Part shown: piece after piece, positions 38,313 to 48,633 of the stretch
Layout: each line of letters begins with the position of its first letter
How positions within the stretch are numbered: position 1 is the first letter of the stretch
DNA from: Beijerinckiaceae bacterium
Lineage (GTDB): Bacteria; Pseudomonadota; Alphaproteobacteria; Rhizobiales; Beijerinckiaceae
NCBI GenBank assembly: GCA_036563505.1
Contig: DATCMH010000021.1
Span: 2,895 to 66,894 of the forward strand
Length of the DNA stretch: 64,000 nt
Direction: 5' to 3'
Position numbers and translations under genes: made by a program
Notes under the pieces: model-generated
What the model was told of the DNA's origin: nothing
The model's input: the letters and a program-made list of their open reading frames with translations, nothing else
The model's database searches: none

Positions 38313-39029
38313 ATGCGCCCCTCGAAACGCGCCCCTGACGAGCTGCGCAAGGTGACCCTCGAGAAGGGCGTCGCGCGCTACGCCGAGGGCTCCTGCCTCG
38401 TGTCCTTCGGCGAGACGAAGGTGCTCTGCACGGCGTCCCTGGAGGAGCGCGGCCCGCCGTGGCTCCGCGGCTCCGGCAAGGGCTGGGTGACGGCGGAATA
38501 CGCCATGCTGCCCCGCGCCACGCATGAGCGGACCCGGCGGGAGGTCACCTCCGGCAAGCCATCCGGGCGAACGCAGGAGATCCAGCGCCTCATCGGCCGG
38601 TCGCTCCGCGCTGTCGTCCACCTGCCGGCCATGGGCGAGCGACAGATCACCGTGGATTGCGACGTGATCCAGGCGGACGGCGGCACCCGCACCGCCTCCA
38701 TCACCGGCGCCTGGGTGGCGCTGCACGAGTGCTTCGCTTGGATGCAGGCCCGCTCCATCATCTCCGTGAACCCGCTGCGCGACCACGTCGCCGCGGTCTC
38801 CTGCGGGATCCACCAGGGCGCGCCCGTCCTCGACCTCGACTACGCGGAGGATTCCGCCGCCGAGACGGACGCCAACTTCGTCGTGACGGGGTCGGGCGGC
38901 CTCGTCGAGGTGCAGGGCACGGCCGAGGGCAAGCCCTTCTCGGAGGACGAGTTCATGAGCCTGCTGCGCCTTGCCAAAGGCGGGGTGGAACAGCTTATCG
39001 CGCTGCAGAAGGCCGCGGTCGGCGTATGA
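38313..39029 (+). CDS. rph: Ribonuclease PH
   Basis: 238 aa with [18 protein letters not shown] and [13 protein letters not shown] motifs. Confidence 0.95.
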   Translation: MRPSKRAPDELRKVTLEKGVARYAEGSCLVSFGETKVLCTASLEERGPPWLRGSGKGWVTAEYAMLPRATHERTRREVTSGKPSGRTQEIQRLIGRSLRAVVHLPAMGERQITVDCDVIQADGGTRTASITGAWVALHECFAWMQARSIISVNPLRDHVAAVSCGIHQGAPVLDLDYAEDSAAETDANFVVTGSGGLVEVQGTAEGKPFSEDEFMSLLRLAKGGVEQLIALQKAAVGV

Positions 39030-39685
39030 GCGAAGGCCGCCACCGAAAACTCGCGGGCAAGGTCGTCATCGCCACCCACAACGCGGGCAAGCTCGTGGAG
39101 ATGCGCGAGCTCCTCGCGCCCTTCGGCGTCGAGGCCGTGTCGGCGGGCGAGCTCGGGCTGCCCGTGCCGGCCGAGACGGGGCACATGTTCGCCGAGAACG
39201 CCGCCCTGAAGGCCCATGCGGCGGCGAAAGCGACGGGCCTTCCGGCCCTCTCGGACGATTCCGGCATCTGCGTCGATGCGCTGGACGGCGCGCCCGGGCT
39301 GTTCTCCGCCGACTGGGCGGTGAGCAAGGATTTTTCGGCCGCCATGGCGCGGGTCGAGCGCGAGCTGCAGCGCCGCGGCGCGACGACGCCGGCGCAGCGC
39401 CGGGCGCATTTCGTCTCGGCCCTCGTCATCGCCTGGCCCGACGGCCACGAGGAGCTGTTCGAGGGCCGCGTCTTCGGCGAGGTGGTCTGGCCGCCGCGGG
39501 GCACCAAGGGCTTCGGCTACGACCCCCTGTTCAAGCCGGACGGCCACGAGCGCACCTTCGGCGAGATCTCGTCGGAGGAAAAGCACGGCATCGACTGGGC
39601 GCGCGGCGAGGCGCTCTCGCACCGTGCCCGGGCGTTCCTGGCCCTCGCGCCGGCCTGCCTGACGCGCGACCAGAACGGCTCCTGA
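39026..39685 (+). CDS. rdgB: Non-canonical purine NTP pyrophosphatase (RdgB/HAM1)
   Basis: ATGA overlap with rph. Motifs ATHNAGK, SDDSG and KGFGYDPLF. Confidence 0.92.
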   Translation: MSEGRHRKLAGKVVIATHNAGKLVEMRELLAPFGVEAVSAGELGLPVPAETGHMFAENAALKAHAAAKATGLPALSDDSGICVDALDGAPGLFSADWAVSKDFSAAMARVERELQRRGATTPAQRRAHFVSALVIAWPDGHEELFEGRVFGEVVWPPRGTKGFGYDPLFKPDGHERTFGEISSEEKHGIDWARGEALSHRARAFLALAPACLTRDQNGS

Positions 39686-39704
39686 CGGCGCGAGAGCTGA
39701 GAGC

Positions 39705-40451
39705 TCAGCCGCCGAAGCGCTCGGTTCGGATGCGGTCAGCCGGGACGTCCGCGTCGAGGAGAAGATCGGACGCGGCGCCGACAAAGCGGTTCGAGCCGCA
39801 CACGAAAACATGGGCCGGGGGCGCCGGAAGCTGGGCGAGTGCCTCTTCGATCAGGGCGCGATCGATCCGTCCGCTGCGCGTGCCGGGGACGGACGCTGCC
39901 TCGCGGGTTAAGGCTAGGGTCAGACCGAAGCCGGGCTCCCGCGCCGCCCGGTCGAGCAACTCGTCCCGAGCGATCACCTCATCGAGGCTGCGGGCGGAAT
40001 AGACGAGGTGGGCCGGCACCTCGGGCGCCGTCGCGCGATGGCGCAGCATCGACAGGAGCGGCACCACCCCCGAGCCGCCGCCGACGAGCAGCAGCGGGCC
40101 GCCGTCCTCGGCGCCCCAGGTAAAGGGATGACCGATCGGTCCCCGCATCTCGATCAGGTCGCCCGCCTGCGCCACTTCGTGGAAAAAGCTCGAGACCTCG
40201 CCGTCGTCGAGGCGCTCGACCATGATCTCGACCGCGCCCGGCGTCTCGGGAGAGGAGGCGATGGAGTAGGAGCGCTGGGCCTGATAGCCGTCCTCGGCGG
40301 TGAGGCGCACGTCGACGTACTGTCCCGCGCGGAAGCGCTCCCAGCCGACCTGGAGCCGAAAGCTCTTCACCCGCGGCGTGACCGTCTCGACGGCGAGGAT
40401 CGGCACCTCGCGCCAGATCAGCTTGACGGGCTGGGCGCGGGCCGCGAGCAC
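39705..40451 (-). CDS. Ferredoxin-NADP reductase-like FAD/NAD-binding oxidoreductase
   Basis: FAD motif RSYSIAS and NAD(P) motif LLLVGGGSGVVP. C-terminal VFVCGS. Confidence 0.82.
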   Translation of the reverse strand: MLAARAQPVKLIWREVPILAVETVTPRVKSFRLQVGWERFRAGQYVDVRLTAEDGYQAQRSYSIASSPETPGAVEIMVERLDDGEVSSFFHEVAQAGDLIEMRGPIGHPFTWGAEDGGPLLLVGGGSGVVPLLSMLRHRATAPEVPAHLVYSARSLDEVIARDELLDRAAREPGFGLTLALTREAASVPGTRSGRIDRALIEEALAQLPAPPAHVFVCGSNRFVGAASDLLLDADVPADRIRTERFGG

Positions 40452-40455
40452 CGTC

Positions 40456-41061
40456 TCAATCGCCCTCGAAGCGCTGCTCGCGCCAGGGGTCGCCGTACAT
40501 GTGGTAGCCGCGCAGCTCCCAGAAGCCGCCCGTGTCCTTCTCGATGAAGCGCAGGCCCTTCACCCACTTCGCCGACTTCCAGAAGTAGAGATGCGGCACC
40601 AGGAGCCGGGCGGGGCCGCCGTGATCGGGCGTGATGGGCTGGCCGTCATAGGCCGTCGCGACCATCGCCTTGCCGCCCGTGAGGTCCGCGACGGGCACGT
40701 TCGTGTCGTAGCCGTCGTAGGAGAGCGCCAGCAGGAACCCCGTCGGCGCCTCAAGGCCGGCCGCGGCCAGGAGGTCGTCGAAACTCACCCCTTCCCACCG
40801 CGTGTCGAATTTCGACCACTTGGTCACGCAGTGGATGTCGCCCTGCCACTTGCTGCGCGGCAGGGTCTGGAACTCGTCCCAAGTCCAGCTCTTGAGGGGC
40901 CGCGGCCCGTGCCAGAGGTCGAAGCGCCAATGCGCCAAGTCGATTCGCGGCGTCGGACCCAGGGAGAGCACGGGGAAGTCGTCGGTGAGGTACTGCCCGG
41001 GCGGCAAACGGTCCGCCTTGTCCTCGCCCTGCCGGCGTCCGGTGAACCCGCGCGTCGCCAT
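40456..41061 (-). CDS. Sulfite-oxidase-like molybdopterin oxidoreductase (small, single-domain)
   Basis: HCVTKWS Moco-Cys motif. ATG 41061 preceded by AGGAGA (alternative 41079). 4-nt gap to the reductase gene. Confidence 0.8.
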   Translation of the reverse strand: MATRGFTGRRQGEDKADRLPPGQYLTDDFPVLSLGPTPRIDLAHWRFDLWHGPRPLKSWTWDEFQTLPRSKWQGDIHCVTKWSKFDTRWEGVSFDDLLAAAGLEAPTGFLLALSYDGYDTNVPVADLTGGKAMVATAYDGQPITPDHGGPARLLVPHLYFWKSAKWVKGLRFIEKDTGGFWELRGYHMYGDPWREQRFEGD

Positions 41062-41090
41062 GCACGTCTCCTGGAGCATATCCTCTGGCG

Positions 41091-41209
41091 GTCATTCCTG
41101 GGCGCGCAGAGCGCGAGCCCGGAATCCATGACTGAGCCAGACGTTAATCAAGGCCACTCACCCGGTCGTGGATTCCGGGTTCTCGGCCTTGGCCGAGCCC
41201 CGGAATGAC
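41091..41209. repeat. 119-bp MITE/REP-like double-hairpin element, copy 2
   Basis: GTCATTCCTGGGC...GAGCCCGGAATCCATGAC ... GGATTCCGGG...GAGCCCCGGAATGAC. Same architecture as 7077..7192. Confidence 0.8.
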
Positions 41210-41275
41210 GGCCATTTCGTGGTTGAGCCCTGACTTCGTCTTGGCAACAGGCAGTCGAGGACTGCCCGTTTCTGA

Positions 41276-42805
41276 TCACTCGTCGCTCTTGGCCTTCTTC
41301 GCCGCCGGCTTGGCGGGCTTCTTGGCCTCGGCCGTCTTCGTGTCGGCCTTCTTAGTTTCAGCCTTGTTGGGCTCGACCTTCTTCGCCGCCGGCTTGACCT
41401 TCAGGGTCTCGGCCGGGTCGACCGGTTTGGCCTTCACCTTGCCGCCCGCAATGACGGGCGGCGTCTCGGTCGAGGCATAGGCCTGGGCGGGGCCGCTCCG
41501 CTTCGCCGCGGGCGCCGCCGGCTTCGCGGCGACCTTCGGCGCCACCTTGGCCGCAATCTTCGCGGGCTTCGGCTCCGCCTTCACCGCCACCTTGGGCTCG
41601 GGCTTCGCGGCAACCTTCGGCTCAGGCTTGGCCGCCACTTTCGGCTCGGGCTTGGCCTTCGCGACGCGGGGCTTGAGCGCCTCGACGGGCTCGCCCTTGT
41701 CCTCGGCCGCCACGGCCGTCCCCGCCGGATCGCGGCCGATCCAGACGAGCATCGGCTGCAGGGGCGCGCGCGGCGGAAGCTCGCGGGTCTGCCAGCCGGC
41801 CCCGGGAGCGCTGCTCGCCGCGAAACCCAGTGCCTGCGAGCTGAACGCCGTGGAGCCGGCGTTCTCGGCATTGCCGGAGTTGCCGGCCGAGGCCTGCACG
41901 GGCTCCGCATCCTCCTCGGCCGGGACCGCGCGGCCGCAGACCACGGGACGCATGTCCGGCGCGGCGATCACGTTGGAGGCGGGCAGCTCCTCGAGGCGCT
42001 GGCCGCTCCAGCCCGACGAGGCAAAGCCCCGGTCGAAGAGATCGGCGGCGCGCAAGGTGCGCTCCTTGGCCTTGGTCGAGCCCATCACGACGGTGATGAG
42101 CCGGCGCCCGCCGCGGGTCGCGCTCGCCACGACGTTGAAGCCGCCCGAGCAGATGAAGCCCGTCTTCATCCCGTCGACACCGTCGTAGCGGCCGAGCAAA
42201 CCGTTGTGGTTCGCCATCACCCGCCGGCCGAACTTGATGGCCGAGATCGAGAACAGGTCCTTGGAGTCGGGGAAGTCGCGCAGGATCGCCCGGCCGAGGA
42301 TCGCCATGTCGCGGGCCGAGGTGTGCTGGCGCGGATCGGGCAGGCCGTGCGGGTTCACCCACACGCTCTCGCGCATGCCGATGCGCTGGGCGTGCTCGTT
42401 CATCAGCGCCGCGAAGCCCTCGACCGAGCCGCCGAGATTCTCGGCGATCATGGCGGAGATGTCGTTGGCCGACTTCACCATGATGATCTTGAGGGCGTTG
42501 TCGAGGGTGAGCTGCGTGCCCGGCTTGAAGCCCATCTTGGAGGGCGGCTCGGACGCCGCCTCGGGCGAGAGCGTGAGCAGCTGGTCGAGGGAGGCCTTGC
42601 CGTCGCGGACCATGCTGAGCGCCACGTAGGTGGTCATCAGCTTGGTGATGGAGGCCGGAAACCAGGGGTCCGTCGCCCGCTCGGCGTAGAGGACGCGGCC
42701 GGAATCGACGTCGACCACGAGGGCCGGCGTCGCGGCTAGGGTCGCGCCGGCGAAGCTGAGGCCGAACAGGAAACTCAAGGTGCGGACGGCGCGGCGCGCG
42801 ATCAT
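41276..42805 (-). CDS. D-alanyl-D-alanine carboxypeptidase (low-MW PBP, S11) with Lys/Ala/Pro-rich C-terminal tail
   Basis: Signal peptide, then SITK (SxxK), SAN (SxN) and KTG motifs. The tail carries KPEPKVAA repeats and a Lys-rich end. Confidence 0.9.
   Translation of the reverse strand: MIARRAVRTLSFLFGLSFAGATLAATPALVVDVDSGRVLYAERATDPWFPASITKLMTTYVALSMVRDGKASLDQLLTLSPEAASEPPSKMGFKPGTQLTLDNALKIIMVKSANDISAMIAENLGGSVEGFAALMNEHAQRIGMRESVWVNPHGLPDPRQHTSARDMAILGRAILRDFPDSKDLFSISAIKFGRRVMANHNGLLGRYDGVDGMKTGFICSGGFNVVASATRGGRRLITVVMGSTKAKERTLRAADLFDRGFASSGWSGQRLEELPASNVIAAPDMRPVVCGRAVPAEEDAEPVQASAGNSGNAENAGSTAFSSQALGFAASSAPGAGWQTRELPPRAPLQPMLVWIGRDPAGTAVAAEDKGEPVEALKPRVAKAKPEPKVAAKPEPKVAAKPEPKVAVKAEPKPAKIAAKVAPKVAAKPAAPAAKRSGPAQAYASTETPPVIAGGKVKAKPVDPAETLKVKPAAKKVEPNKAETKKADTKTAEAKKPAKPAAKKAKSDE
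41582..41653. repeat. 3 x 24-bp tandem repeat inside the PBP tail
   Basis: Plus-strand units caccgccaccttgggctcgggctt / cgcggcaaccttcggctcaggctt / ggccgccactttcggctcgggctt encode AKPEPKVA x3 on the minus strand. Confidence 0.8.
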
Positions 42806-43011
42806 GCTCGGGATTGCTCCGTGGAACGGTCGTCCGTGGGATGGCCAGGGAAGCGTCGCCGGACGGCGAGCCGTTCCTGAACGCCCGACGATGGTTGTAG
42901 TTCACCGCAGCGGCTCTGCAAAGCTTGAGCCGACGACGGGTTTTGGACGATCGAAGGCTCGCTCCAATCAGGCATCCGTGGCAAGAGCGTGGCGCGACCC
43001 CGGCCTCCCCG

Positions 43012-43914
43012 ATGCTTTCGCTCCTCTGGATTCCCGCCACCCTCGTCGCTGCGGCCGCGCAGACGGCGCGCAACGCCACGCAGCGGCGGCTCGTCGACAG
43101 CCTCGGCACGGCCGGCGCCACGCAGGTGCGCTTCCTCTACGGCCTGCCTTTCGCTGGCCTGTTCCTCGTCCTCGTGCTCGCGGCCACCGGCGAGGCCTTG
43201 CCCCGCCCGGGACAGGGCTTCGCCGGCTTCATCCTGCTCGGCGCTTTGTCGCAGATCCTTGCCACTGGGCTGATGCTCGCCGCGATGCGCGAGCGCTCCT
43301 TCGCTGTCGTCACGGCGCTCATCAAGACGGAGCCGGTCCAGGTCGCCCTGTTCGGCCTTCTCGTCCTGCACGACCGCCTGAGCCTTCCCGTGGTGGCGGC
43401 GATCCTCGTCGCAACGGCCGGCGTGCTTCTGGTCTCGGGCACGAAGAGTCTCGGCGAACTCGCGGGCGCGGACGGGCGGTCGGTCGCGCTCGGGATCGTC
43501 TCGGGAGCCTGCTTCGCGCTGGCCTCCATCGGCTTTCGCGGCGCGATCCTCTCCCTCGAGAGCGGCTCGTTTCTCGTGCGGGCAACCACGGTGCTCGCCT
43601 GGGGACTGGGGTTGCAGAGTCTCATTCTAGGGTTGTGGCTCGGCCTGCGGGACCGGGCCGCCCTGGTCGGAAGCCTGAAAGTCTGGCGCTCGTCGCTGAC
43701 GGCGGGGTTCCTGGGCGCCTTCGCCTCGCAGTTCTGGTTCATCGGCTTCGCCCTCACCGCCGCCGCGAACGTGCGGACGCTCGCCCTCGTCGAGGTACTG
43801 ATGGCCCAGGCCGTATCGCGAAAGCTCTTCGCTCAAGCCACCACCCGACGGGAATGGGCCGGGCTCGCCCTCATCGTCGGCGGCGTCGTCCTGCTCCTCG
43901 CGGCCCAAACCTGA
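43012..43914 (+). CDS. DMT-superfamily (EamA-like) transporter
   Basis: Internal ATG 43012. About 10 TM segments with a two-fold EamA repeat pattern. Confidence 0.8.
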   Translation: MLSLLWIPATLVAAAAQTARNATQRRLVDSLGTAGATQVRFLYGLPFAGLFLVLVLAATGEALPRPGQGFAGFILLGALSQILATGLMLAAMRERSFAVVTALIKTEPVQVALFGLLVLHDRLSLPVVAAILVATAGVLLVSGTKSLGELAGADGRSVALGIVSGACFALASIGFRGAILSLESGSFLVRATTVLAWGLGLQSLILGLWLGLRDRAALVGSLKVWRSSLTAGFLGAFASQFWFIGFALTAAANVRTLALVEVLMAQAVSRKLFAQATTRREWAGLALIVGGVVLLLAAQT

Positions 43915-44073
43915 CGCGCCTGAGCCTGACGCGCGGTCCCCGCGACAGGCTCTTGCCCAAGCTCCCGTGTAGGTACACATCAGGTATGCCGTCCGTCGCC
44001 TTGCCTGCTGCCCGGCGAAGGATCAAAGTGCCGCCACTTCGTGCATTCTGACGTCCCGAAAAGGAGTCGCGCC

Positions 44074-45243
44074 ATGACCGCCTGCATCGTAGGCTGGGCC
44101 CATACCCCCTTCGGCAAGCTCGACGCCGAGAGCGTCGAGAGCCTCGTCGTCCGCGTCGCGGACGAGGCGCTCGAGAACGCCGGCATCGGGCCCGGCGACG
44201 TGGACGAGATCGTGCTCGGCCACTTCAACGCCGGTTTCTCGGCTCAGGAGTTCACGGCCTCCCTCGTGCTCCAGGCCGATGACGGCTTCCGCTTCAAGCC
44301 GGCGACCCGGGTGGAGAACGCCTGCGCCACGGGATCGGCGGCGGTGCACCAGGCCATCAAGACGATCGAGGCCAAGCGCGCCAAGGTCGTGCTGGTGGTC
44401 GGCGTCGAGCAGATGACGACAACGCCGGGCGCGCAGATCGGGCAGAACCTGCTCAAGGCCTCCTACCTGCCCGAGGACGGCGATACGCCCGGCGGCTTCG
44501 CCGGCGTCTTCGGCAAGATCGCGGGTGGCTACTTCCAGCGCCACGGCGACCAGTCCGACGCGCTCGCCATGATCGCGGCGAAGAACCACAAGAACGGCGT
44601 CGGCAACCCTTACGCCCAGATGCGCAAGGACCTCGGCTTCGAGTTCTGCCGCGCGGAGTCGGACAAAAACCCCTTCGTCGCCGGCCCCCTGAAGCGCACC
44701 GACTGCTCCCTCGTCTCGGACGGCGCGGCCGCCCTCGTGCTGACCGATACGGACACCGCGCTCAAGATGCGCCGCGCCGTGGCCTTCCGCGCCACCGCCC
44801 ACGCCCAGGATTTCCTGCCGATGTCGAAGCGCGACATCCTTAAGTTCGAGGGCTGCGCCGTCGCGTGGAAGCAGGCCCTGGAGAGGGCGGGCGTGACCCT
44901 CGACGACCTCTCCTTCGTCGAGACGCACGACTGCTTCACCATCGCCGAGCTCATCGAGTACGAGGCGATGGGCCTGACGCCCGAGGGCCAAGGCGCGATT
45001 GCCATCAAGGAGGGCTGGACGCACAAGGACGGCAAGCTGCCGGTCAATCCGTCCGGCGGCCTCAAGGCCAAGGGTCACCCGATCGGCGCGACGGGCGTCT
45101 CCATGCATGCCCTCTCGGCGATGCAACTCACGGGCGAGGCGCCCGAGGGCATCCAGATCCCGAACGCGCGCCTCGCAGGCATCTTCAACATGGGCGGGGC
45201 CGCGGTGGCGAATTACGTCTCGGTGCTCGAGCGCATCAAGTAA
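44074..45243 (+). CDS. Thiolase-domain protein (SCP-x/acetyl-CoA acetyltransferase-like)
   Basis: Internal ATG 44074. Active-site ENACATGS and C-terminal GGLKAKGHPIGATG. Confidence 0.85.
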   Translation: MTACIVGWAHTPFGKLDAESVESLVVRVADEALENAGIGPGDVDEIVLGHFNAGFSAQEFTASLVLQADDGFRFKPATRVENACATGSAAVHQAIKTIEAKRAKVVLVVGVEQMTTTPGAQIGQNLLKASYLPEDGDTPGGFAGVFGKIAGGYFQRHGDQSDALAMIAAKNHKNGVGNPYAQMRKDLGFEFCRAESDKNPFVAGPLKRTDCSLVSDGAAALVLTDTDTALKMRRAVAFRATAHAQDFLPMSKRDILKFEGCAVAWKQALERAGVTLDDLSFVETHDCFTIAELIEYEAMGLTPEGQGAIAIKEGWTHKDGKLPVNPSGGLKAKGHPIGATGVSMHALSAMQLTGEAPEGIQIPNARLAGIFNMGGAAVANYVSVLERIK

Positions 45244-45253
45244 GCAGGGCAGG

Positions 45254-46489
45254 GTGACGACTTCCTTCGACGAACCCCGCCGCCACCTGGGCGGCGGGGT
45301 GGTCACCTTCGTCGCGCTTCTCGTCGCCTACATCTTCTCGCAGTTCTACCGCGCCTTCCTCGCGATCGTGGCGGGCGACCTCTCCCGCGATCTCGGCCTG
45401 AACGCCGCCGATCTCGGGGCGCTCTCGGCCATATGGTTCGCGACCTTCGCCGTCGCCCAGTTCCCCGTCGGCTACAGCCTCGACCGGTTCGGGCCGCGGC
45501 GGACCATTGCGACCTTCATGCTCGCGGCCGTGGCCGGCGCCGTGCTCTTGAGCCTGGCCGAGAGTCGCGCCGCCTGCCTTCTCGCGATGGGGCTCATCGG
45601 CCTCGGCTGCTCGCCCGTGCTCATGGGCAGCCTCTTCGTGTTCGGCCGCAGCTACCCGCCCGAGCGTTTCGCCGTCATGGCGGCCCTCGTCATCGGGCTC
45701 GGCAACGCGGGCAACCTCTTGGGCGCGACGCCGCTCGCGCTCGCCGTCGAGGCTCTGGGCTGGCGTCAGGCGCTCGGGCTGATCGCTGCCCTCACGGCCC
45801 TGAGCGTCGTGCTCGTCTTCGTTCTCGTGCGCGATCCGCCCGCAACGCCGCAAGGTGCCGGCAGCGGCATCCTCGACGGCCTGAGGCGCATTGCCACCCT
45901 GCCCGAGATCCGGCTTCTCCTCCCGATCACCCTCGTCGGCTACGCGGTGGTGATCGCCGCGCGCTCGCTCTGGATCGCGCCCTACTTCCGCGAGATCCAC
46001 GGCTTTGCCACAACCCAGACCGGCAATGCCGCGCTCGCGATGGCCGTCGCCATGACCGTGGGCGCCCTGGTCTACGGTCCGATGGAACGTTGGTTCGGCG
46101 GGCCGAAACCGCCGGTTCTCGTCGGCAGCGTCGTGACGGGTGCGGCCTTCGTCGTCCTGGCTCTGTTCGGCGCGGCGACGCCGCTCGGCTCCGTCGCGCT
46201 CTTCGCCGTCGTCGGGGCCGCGGGCCTCACCTACGGCACCCTCATGACCCATGCCCGGCTGTTTTTCCCGGCCGACCTTCTCGGGCGCGGGGTGACGTTC
46301 ATGAACTTCTTCTTCATCGGCGGCGCGGGTCTGCTGCAGCAGGCGTCGGGGCTGTTCCTGCAGGGTGCCCGATCCGGCGGCCTGCCTCCCGAGGCGGCCT
46401 TCTCCCGCCTGCACCTTGCCTTCGGCGCGAGCGTCCTTCTCGCGGCGGCGCTCTACGCCTTCGTGCCGGCAAAGCCGCGGGCGGCCTGA
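45254..46489 (+). CDS. MFS transporter
   Basis: GTG 45254 within ORF 44999..46489. 12-TM pattern and an MFS loop motif (LDRFGPRR). Confidence 0.82.
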   Translation: MTTSFDEPRRHLGGGVVTFVALLVAYIFSQFYRAFLAIVAGDLSRDLGLNAADLGALSAIWFATFAVAQFPVGYSLDRFGPRRTIATFMLAAVAGAVLLSLAESRAACLLAMGLIGLGCSPVLMGSLFVFGRSYPPERFAVMAALVIGLGNAGNLLGATPLALAVEALGWRQALGLIAALTALSVVLVFVLVRDPPATPQGAGSGILDGLRRIATLPEIRLLLPITLVGYAVVIAARSLWIAPYFREIHGFATTQTGNAALAMAVAMTVGALVYGPMERWFGGPKPPVLVGSVVTGAAFVVLALFGAATPLGSVALFAVVGAAGLTYGTLMTHARLFFPADLLGRGVTFMNFFFIGGAGLLQQASGLFLQGARSGGLPPEAAFSRLHLAFGASVLLAAALYAFVPAKPRAA

Positions 46490-46493
46490 GGCC

Positions 46494-46763
46494 TCACGCC
46501 TCGCCCGGAGCCCGGGCCTTGATCGCGATGGCGTGCAGCCCGCGCCGAAACGCCTCGTCGAGCGCCGCGTTGACGAGGCGGTGGCGGTCCACCCGCGACT
46601 TGCCGGAGAAGGCCGTCGACACGATATTCAGCCTGTAGTGAGTTTCCCCGCCCGGACGCGCGCCGGCATGGCCCGCGTGCAGGTGGGATTCGTCGACGAC
46701 GTCGAGCGCCGCGGGGCTCAAAGCCTCGGTCAGACGGGCCTCGATCAGCTCTTTCATTGTCAT
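46494..46763 (-). CDS. bolA: BolA family protein
   Basis: ATG 46763 preceded by AGGAA. ESHLHAGHAG and RHRLVN motifs. Confidence 0.88.
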   Translation of the reverse strand: MTMKELIEARLTEALSPAALDVVDESHLHAGHAGARPGGETHYRLNIVSTAFSGKSRVDRHRLVNAALDEAFRRGLHAIAIKARAPGEA

Positions 46764-46863
46764 CGCCGTGTTCCTCATGTCGGAGGGCGGCGTGTCGCGC
46801 ACCGCACCACCGCAGTCATCGGCCCTGGCCGGGGCTGGCATCGTCCCTCATAATCGAGCGACC

Positions 46864-47487
46864 ATGGAACACAATTCGCCACTGTTCGACCGCATCCGCA
46901 TCAAGCCGAGCTGCGACGAGCCCCGCGCCGCCGCCGAGCCTGCTTGCGAGCGGCCGGGCTGCGCCGCGGCCGGGCTCTACCGGGCGCCCAAGGGGCGAGG
47001 CAAGGAGGGCCAGTACTGGCGCTTCTGCCTCGACCACGTGCGTGTCTACAACGCCACTTACAACTACTTCGCCGGCATGTCGGACGATGCCGTTGCGGCC
47101 TTTCAGAAGGACGCGGTCATCGGCCACCGTCCAACCTGGGCCATGGGCGTGAACGCCGCGGCGCAGCCGGAACGTCCCGCTGGGGAGCCGCCTGCCCGTG
47201 ACTGGGCCTACGTCGATCCGCTGGGCATCCTCAACGGCCAGGGCTTCACGCAGGCGCGGACCAAGCCGGCGGAGCCGCCCAAACCCCGACGGTCCGCCCC
47301 GGTGCGCCGGGCGCTCGATGTTCTGGGCCTCGACGAGGGCGCCGACGCGGCGACGATCAAGTCGACCTACAAGACCCTCGTGAAGCGCTTCCACCCGGAC
47401 GCTCACGGCGGCGACCGAAGCTTCGAGGAGCGCCTGCGCGACATCATCAAGGCGCATGACGTGCTGAAAGCCGCCGGCCTGTGCTGA
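46864..47487 (+). CDS. J-domain protein with N-terminal Cys-rich region
   Basis: Internal ATG 46864. C-terminal J domain with YKTLVKRFHPDAHGGD (HPD motif). Confidence 0.85.
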   Translation: MEHNSPLFDRIRIKPSCDEPRAAAEPACERPGCAAAGLYRAPKGRGKEGQYWRFCLDHVRVYNATYNYFAGMSDDAVAAFQKDAVIGHRPTWAMGVNAAAQPERPAGEPPARDWAYVDPLGILNGQGFTQARTKPAEPPKPRRSAPVRRALDVLGLDEGADAATIKSTYKTLVKRFHPDAHGGDRSFEERLRDIIKAHDVLKAAGLC

Positions 47488-47544
47488 GGCGCCGAACCGA
47501 CCGGGACGCAACCGCGTTGTGACCGAACTGAAATTGCGCCGCTT

Positions 47545-48621
47545 GTGAGCGGCCTATATGACACCTCGACCATGGCCGCGCACGCCGGACCGACCGGCGC
47601 CGCGGCCTTCGATCCGAAGAGGCTTCCATCCATGCTCGCCAGCCCCGAGACCGCCGCCCTCATGCCGGACATGAAGGTGTCCGCGCGCCAGGTCTTCGGC
47701 ATCGACTCCGATCTCGAGGTGCCGGCCTACAGCCGAGCCGAGGAGCACGTGCCGGACCTCGATCCGGATTACCTCTTCGACCGCGAGACCACGCTCGCCA
47801 TCCTCGCCGGCTTCTCGCGCAACCGCCGCGTGATGATCACGGGCTATCACGGCACGGGGAAGTCGACCCACATCGAACAGGTCGCGGCCCGGCTGAACTG
47901 GCCCTGCATCCGCATCAACCTCGACAGCCACATCTCCCGCATCGACCTCGTCGGCAAGGACGCGATCGTGCTGCAGGAAGGCAAGCAGGTGACGGCTTTC
48001 CAGGACGGCATCCTGCCCTGGGCGCTGCAGAACAACGTCGCCCTCGTCTTCGACGAGTACGACGCCGGCCGGCCGGACGTGATGTTCGTCATCCAGCGCG
48101 TGCTCGAAGTCTCGGGCAAGCTGACGCTGCTCGACCAGAAGCGGGTGATCAAGCCGCATCCGGCCTTCCGCCTCTTCGCGACCGCCAACACGGTGGGCCT
48201 CGGCGACACCTCGGGCCTCTATCACGGCACCCAGCAGATCAACCAGGGCCAGATGGACCGCTGGTCCATCGTCACGACCCTGAACTACCTGCCGCACGAC
48301 GAGGAGGTGAACATCGTTCTCTCCAAGGCGCGCCACTACCGCGACAGCCAGGCCGGCCGCGACACCGTCAACAAGATGGTCCGCCTCGCGGATCTGACCC
48401 GCAACGCCTTCGTCAACGGCGATCTCTCGACCGTGATGAGCCCCCGCACGGTGATCACCTGGGCCGAGAACGCCGACATCTTCGGCGATATCGGCTTTGC
48501 CTTCCGGGTGACCTTCCTGAACAAGTGCGACGAGCTCGAGCGGCCGCTGGTCGCCGAGTTCTACCAGCGCTCCTTCGGCAAGGAACTGCCCGAGAGCGCG
48601 GTGAACGTGGCCTTGAGCTGA
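47545..48621 (+). CDS. cobS: AAA+ ATPase CobS (aerobic cobaltochelatase small subunit family)
   Basis: Walker [10 protein letters not shown] and Walker B LVFDEYD, with strong CobS-like sequence throughout. The true start may be downstream (e.g. MPDMKV...). Confidence 0.9.
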   Translation: MSGLYDTSTMAAHAGPTGAAAFDPKRLPSMLASPETAALMPDMKVSARQVFGIDSDLEVPAYSRAEEHVPDLDPDYLFDRETTLAILAGFSRNRRVMITGYHGTGKSTHIEQVAARLNWPCIRINLDSHISRIDLVGKDAIVLQEGKQVTAFQDGILPWALQNNVALVFDEYDAGRPDVMFVIQRVLEVSGKLTLLDQKRVIKPHPAFRLFATANTVGLGDTSGLYHGTQQINQGQMDRWSIVTTLNYLPHDEEVNIVLSKARHYRDSQAGRDTVNKMVRLADLTRNAFVNGDLSTVMSPRTVITWAENADIFGDIGFAFRVTFLNKCDELERPLVAEFYQRSFGKELPESAVNVALS

Positions 48622-48633
48622 ACGGAGGACGCG

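Noticed and set aside
47488-47544. Cobalamin riboswitch upstream of cobS
   Set aside because: The spacer is only ~57 nt and contains no B12-box-like conserved core that I can recognise.
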